From IMG/VR virus record IMGVR_UViG_3300021400_002728, positions 101,154-165,153 of that record: a stretch of DNA of 64,000 nt; one strand, 5' to 3'. The translations under genes and the position numbers were made by a program. Within the stretch, counting starts at the first letter, position 1. Each line of letters begins with the position of its first letter. Below, one piece after another: positions 63,960 to 64,000 of the stretch. Under the pieces are notes generated by a model that was not told the origin of the DNA, did no database searches, and saw only the letters and a list, made by a program, of their open reading frames with translations. Source of the DNA: a virus. Its lineage: Duplodnaviria > Heunggongvirae > Uroviricota > Caudoviricetes.

Positions 63960-64000
63960 TATTTCTAAATTCCCTACAAATAAAATCAGTCATTATGAAT

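Noticed and set aside
1-64000. Stop-codon recoding (code 15 or 4) as in some jumbo phages
   Set aside because: Long conserved genes translate intact in code 11 with high coding density; no amber or opal suppressor seen

Overview
This window is part of a very large AT-rich phage genome, most likely a jumbo phage of a Clostridia-type Firmicute; nearly all real genes are on the minus strand and code 11 gives intact ORFs. (1) 1-3.3 kb: two membrane-anchored coiled-coil proteins. (2) 3.4-25.0 kb: a 21-kb RNA district with about 40 recognisable tRNAs covering all 20 amino acids, tmRNA plus SmpB, a tRNA-Leu(UAA) split by an HNH-encoding group I intron, a GOLLD-like large RNA, an RNA ligase, a DUF2828/TROVE-like protein and many non-canonical RNAs. 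(3) 25.2-64 kb: a GGDEF/EAL pair, a replication module (split PolA, beta-clamp-like protein, DnaX/HolA/HolB-like clamp loader, dUTPase, dCMP deaminase) and an accessory region with RNA repair (Tpt1/KptA, Thg1-like, YhaM) and ADP-ribose removal (two NADARs, a macrodomain) genes. The strongest unexplained signals, all found by eye, are: (a) a recurrent RNA module, helix GUGAY/RUCAU plus single-stranded ACAGCAA, that forms free-standing anticodon-loop-carrying hairpins beside the TROVE-like gene and, circularly permuted, a 41-52 nt insert at position 29/30 of three tRNA genes; (b) a 58-nt mimic of the 23S rRNA GTPase-associated centre interrupted by a 237-nt insert; (c) an ochre-anticodon tRNA nested inside another tRNA-like RNA. 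RNA coordinates were counted by hand and may be a few nt off; no database search was run.
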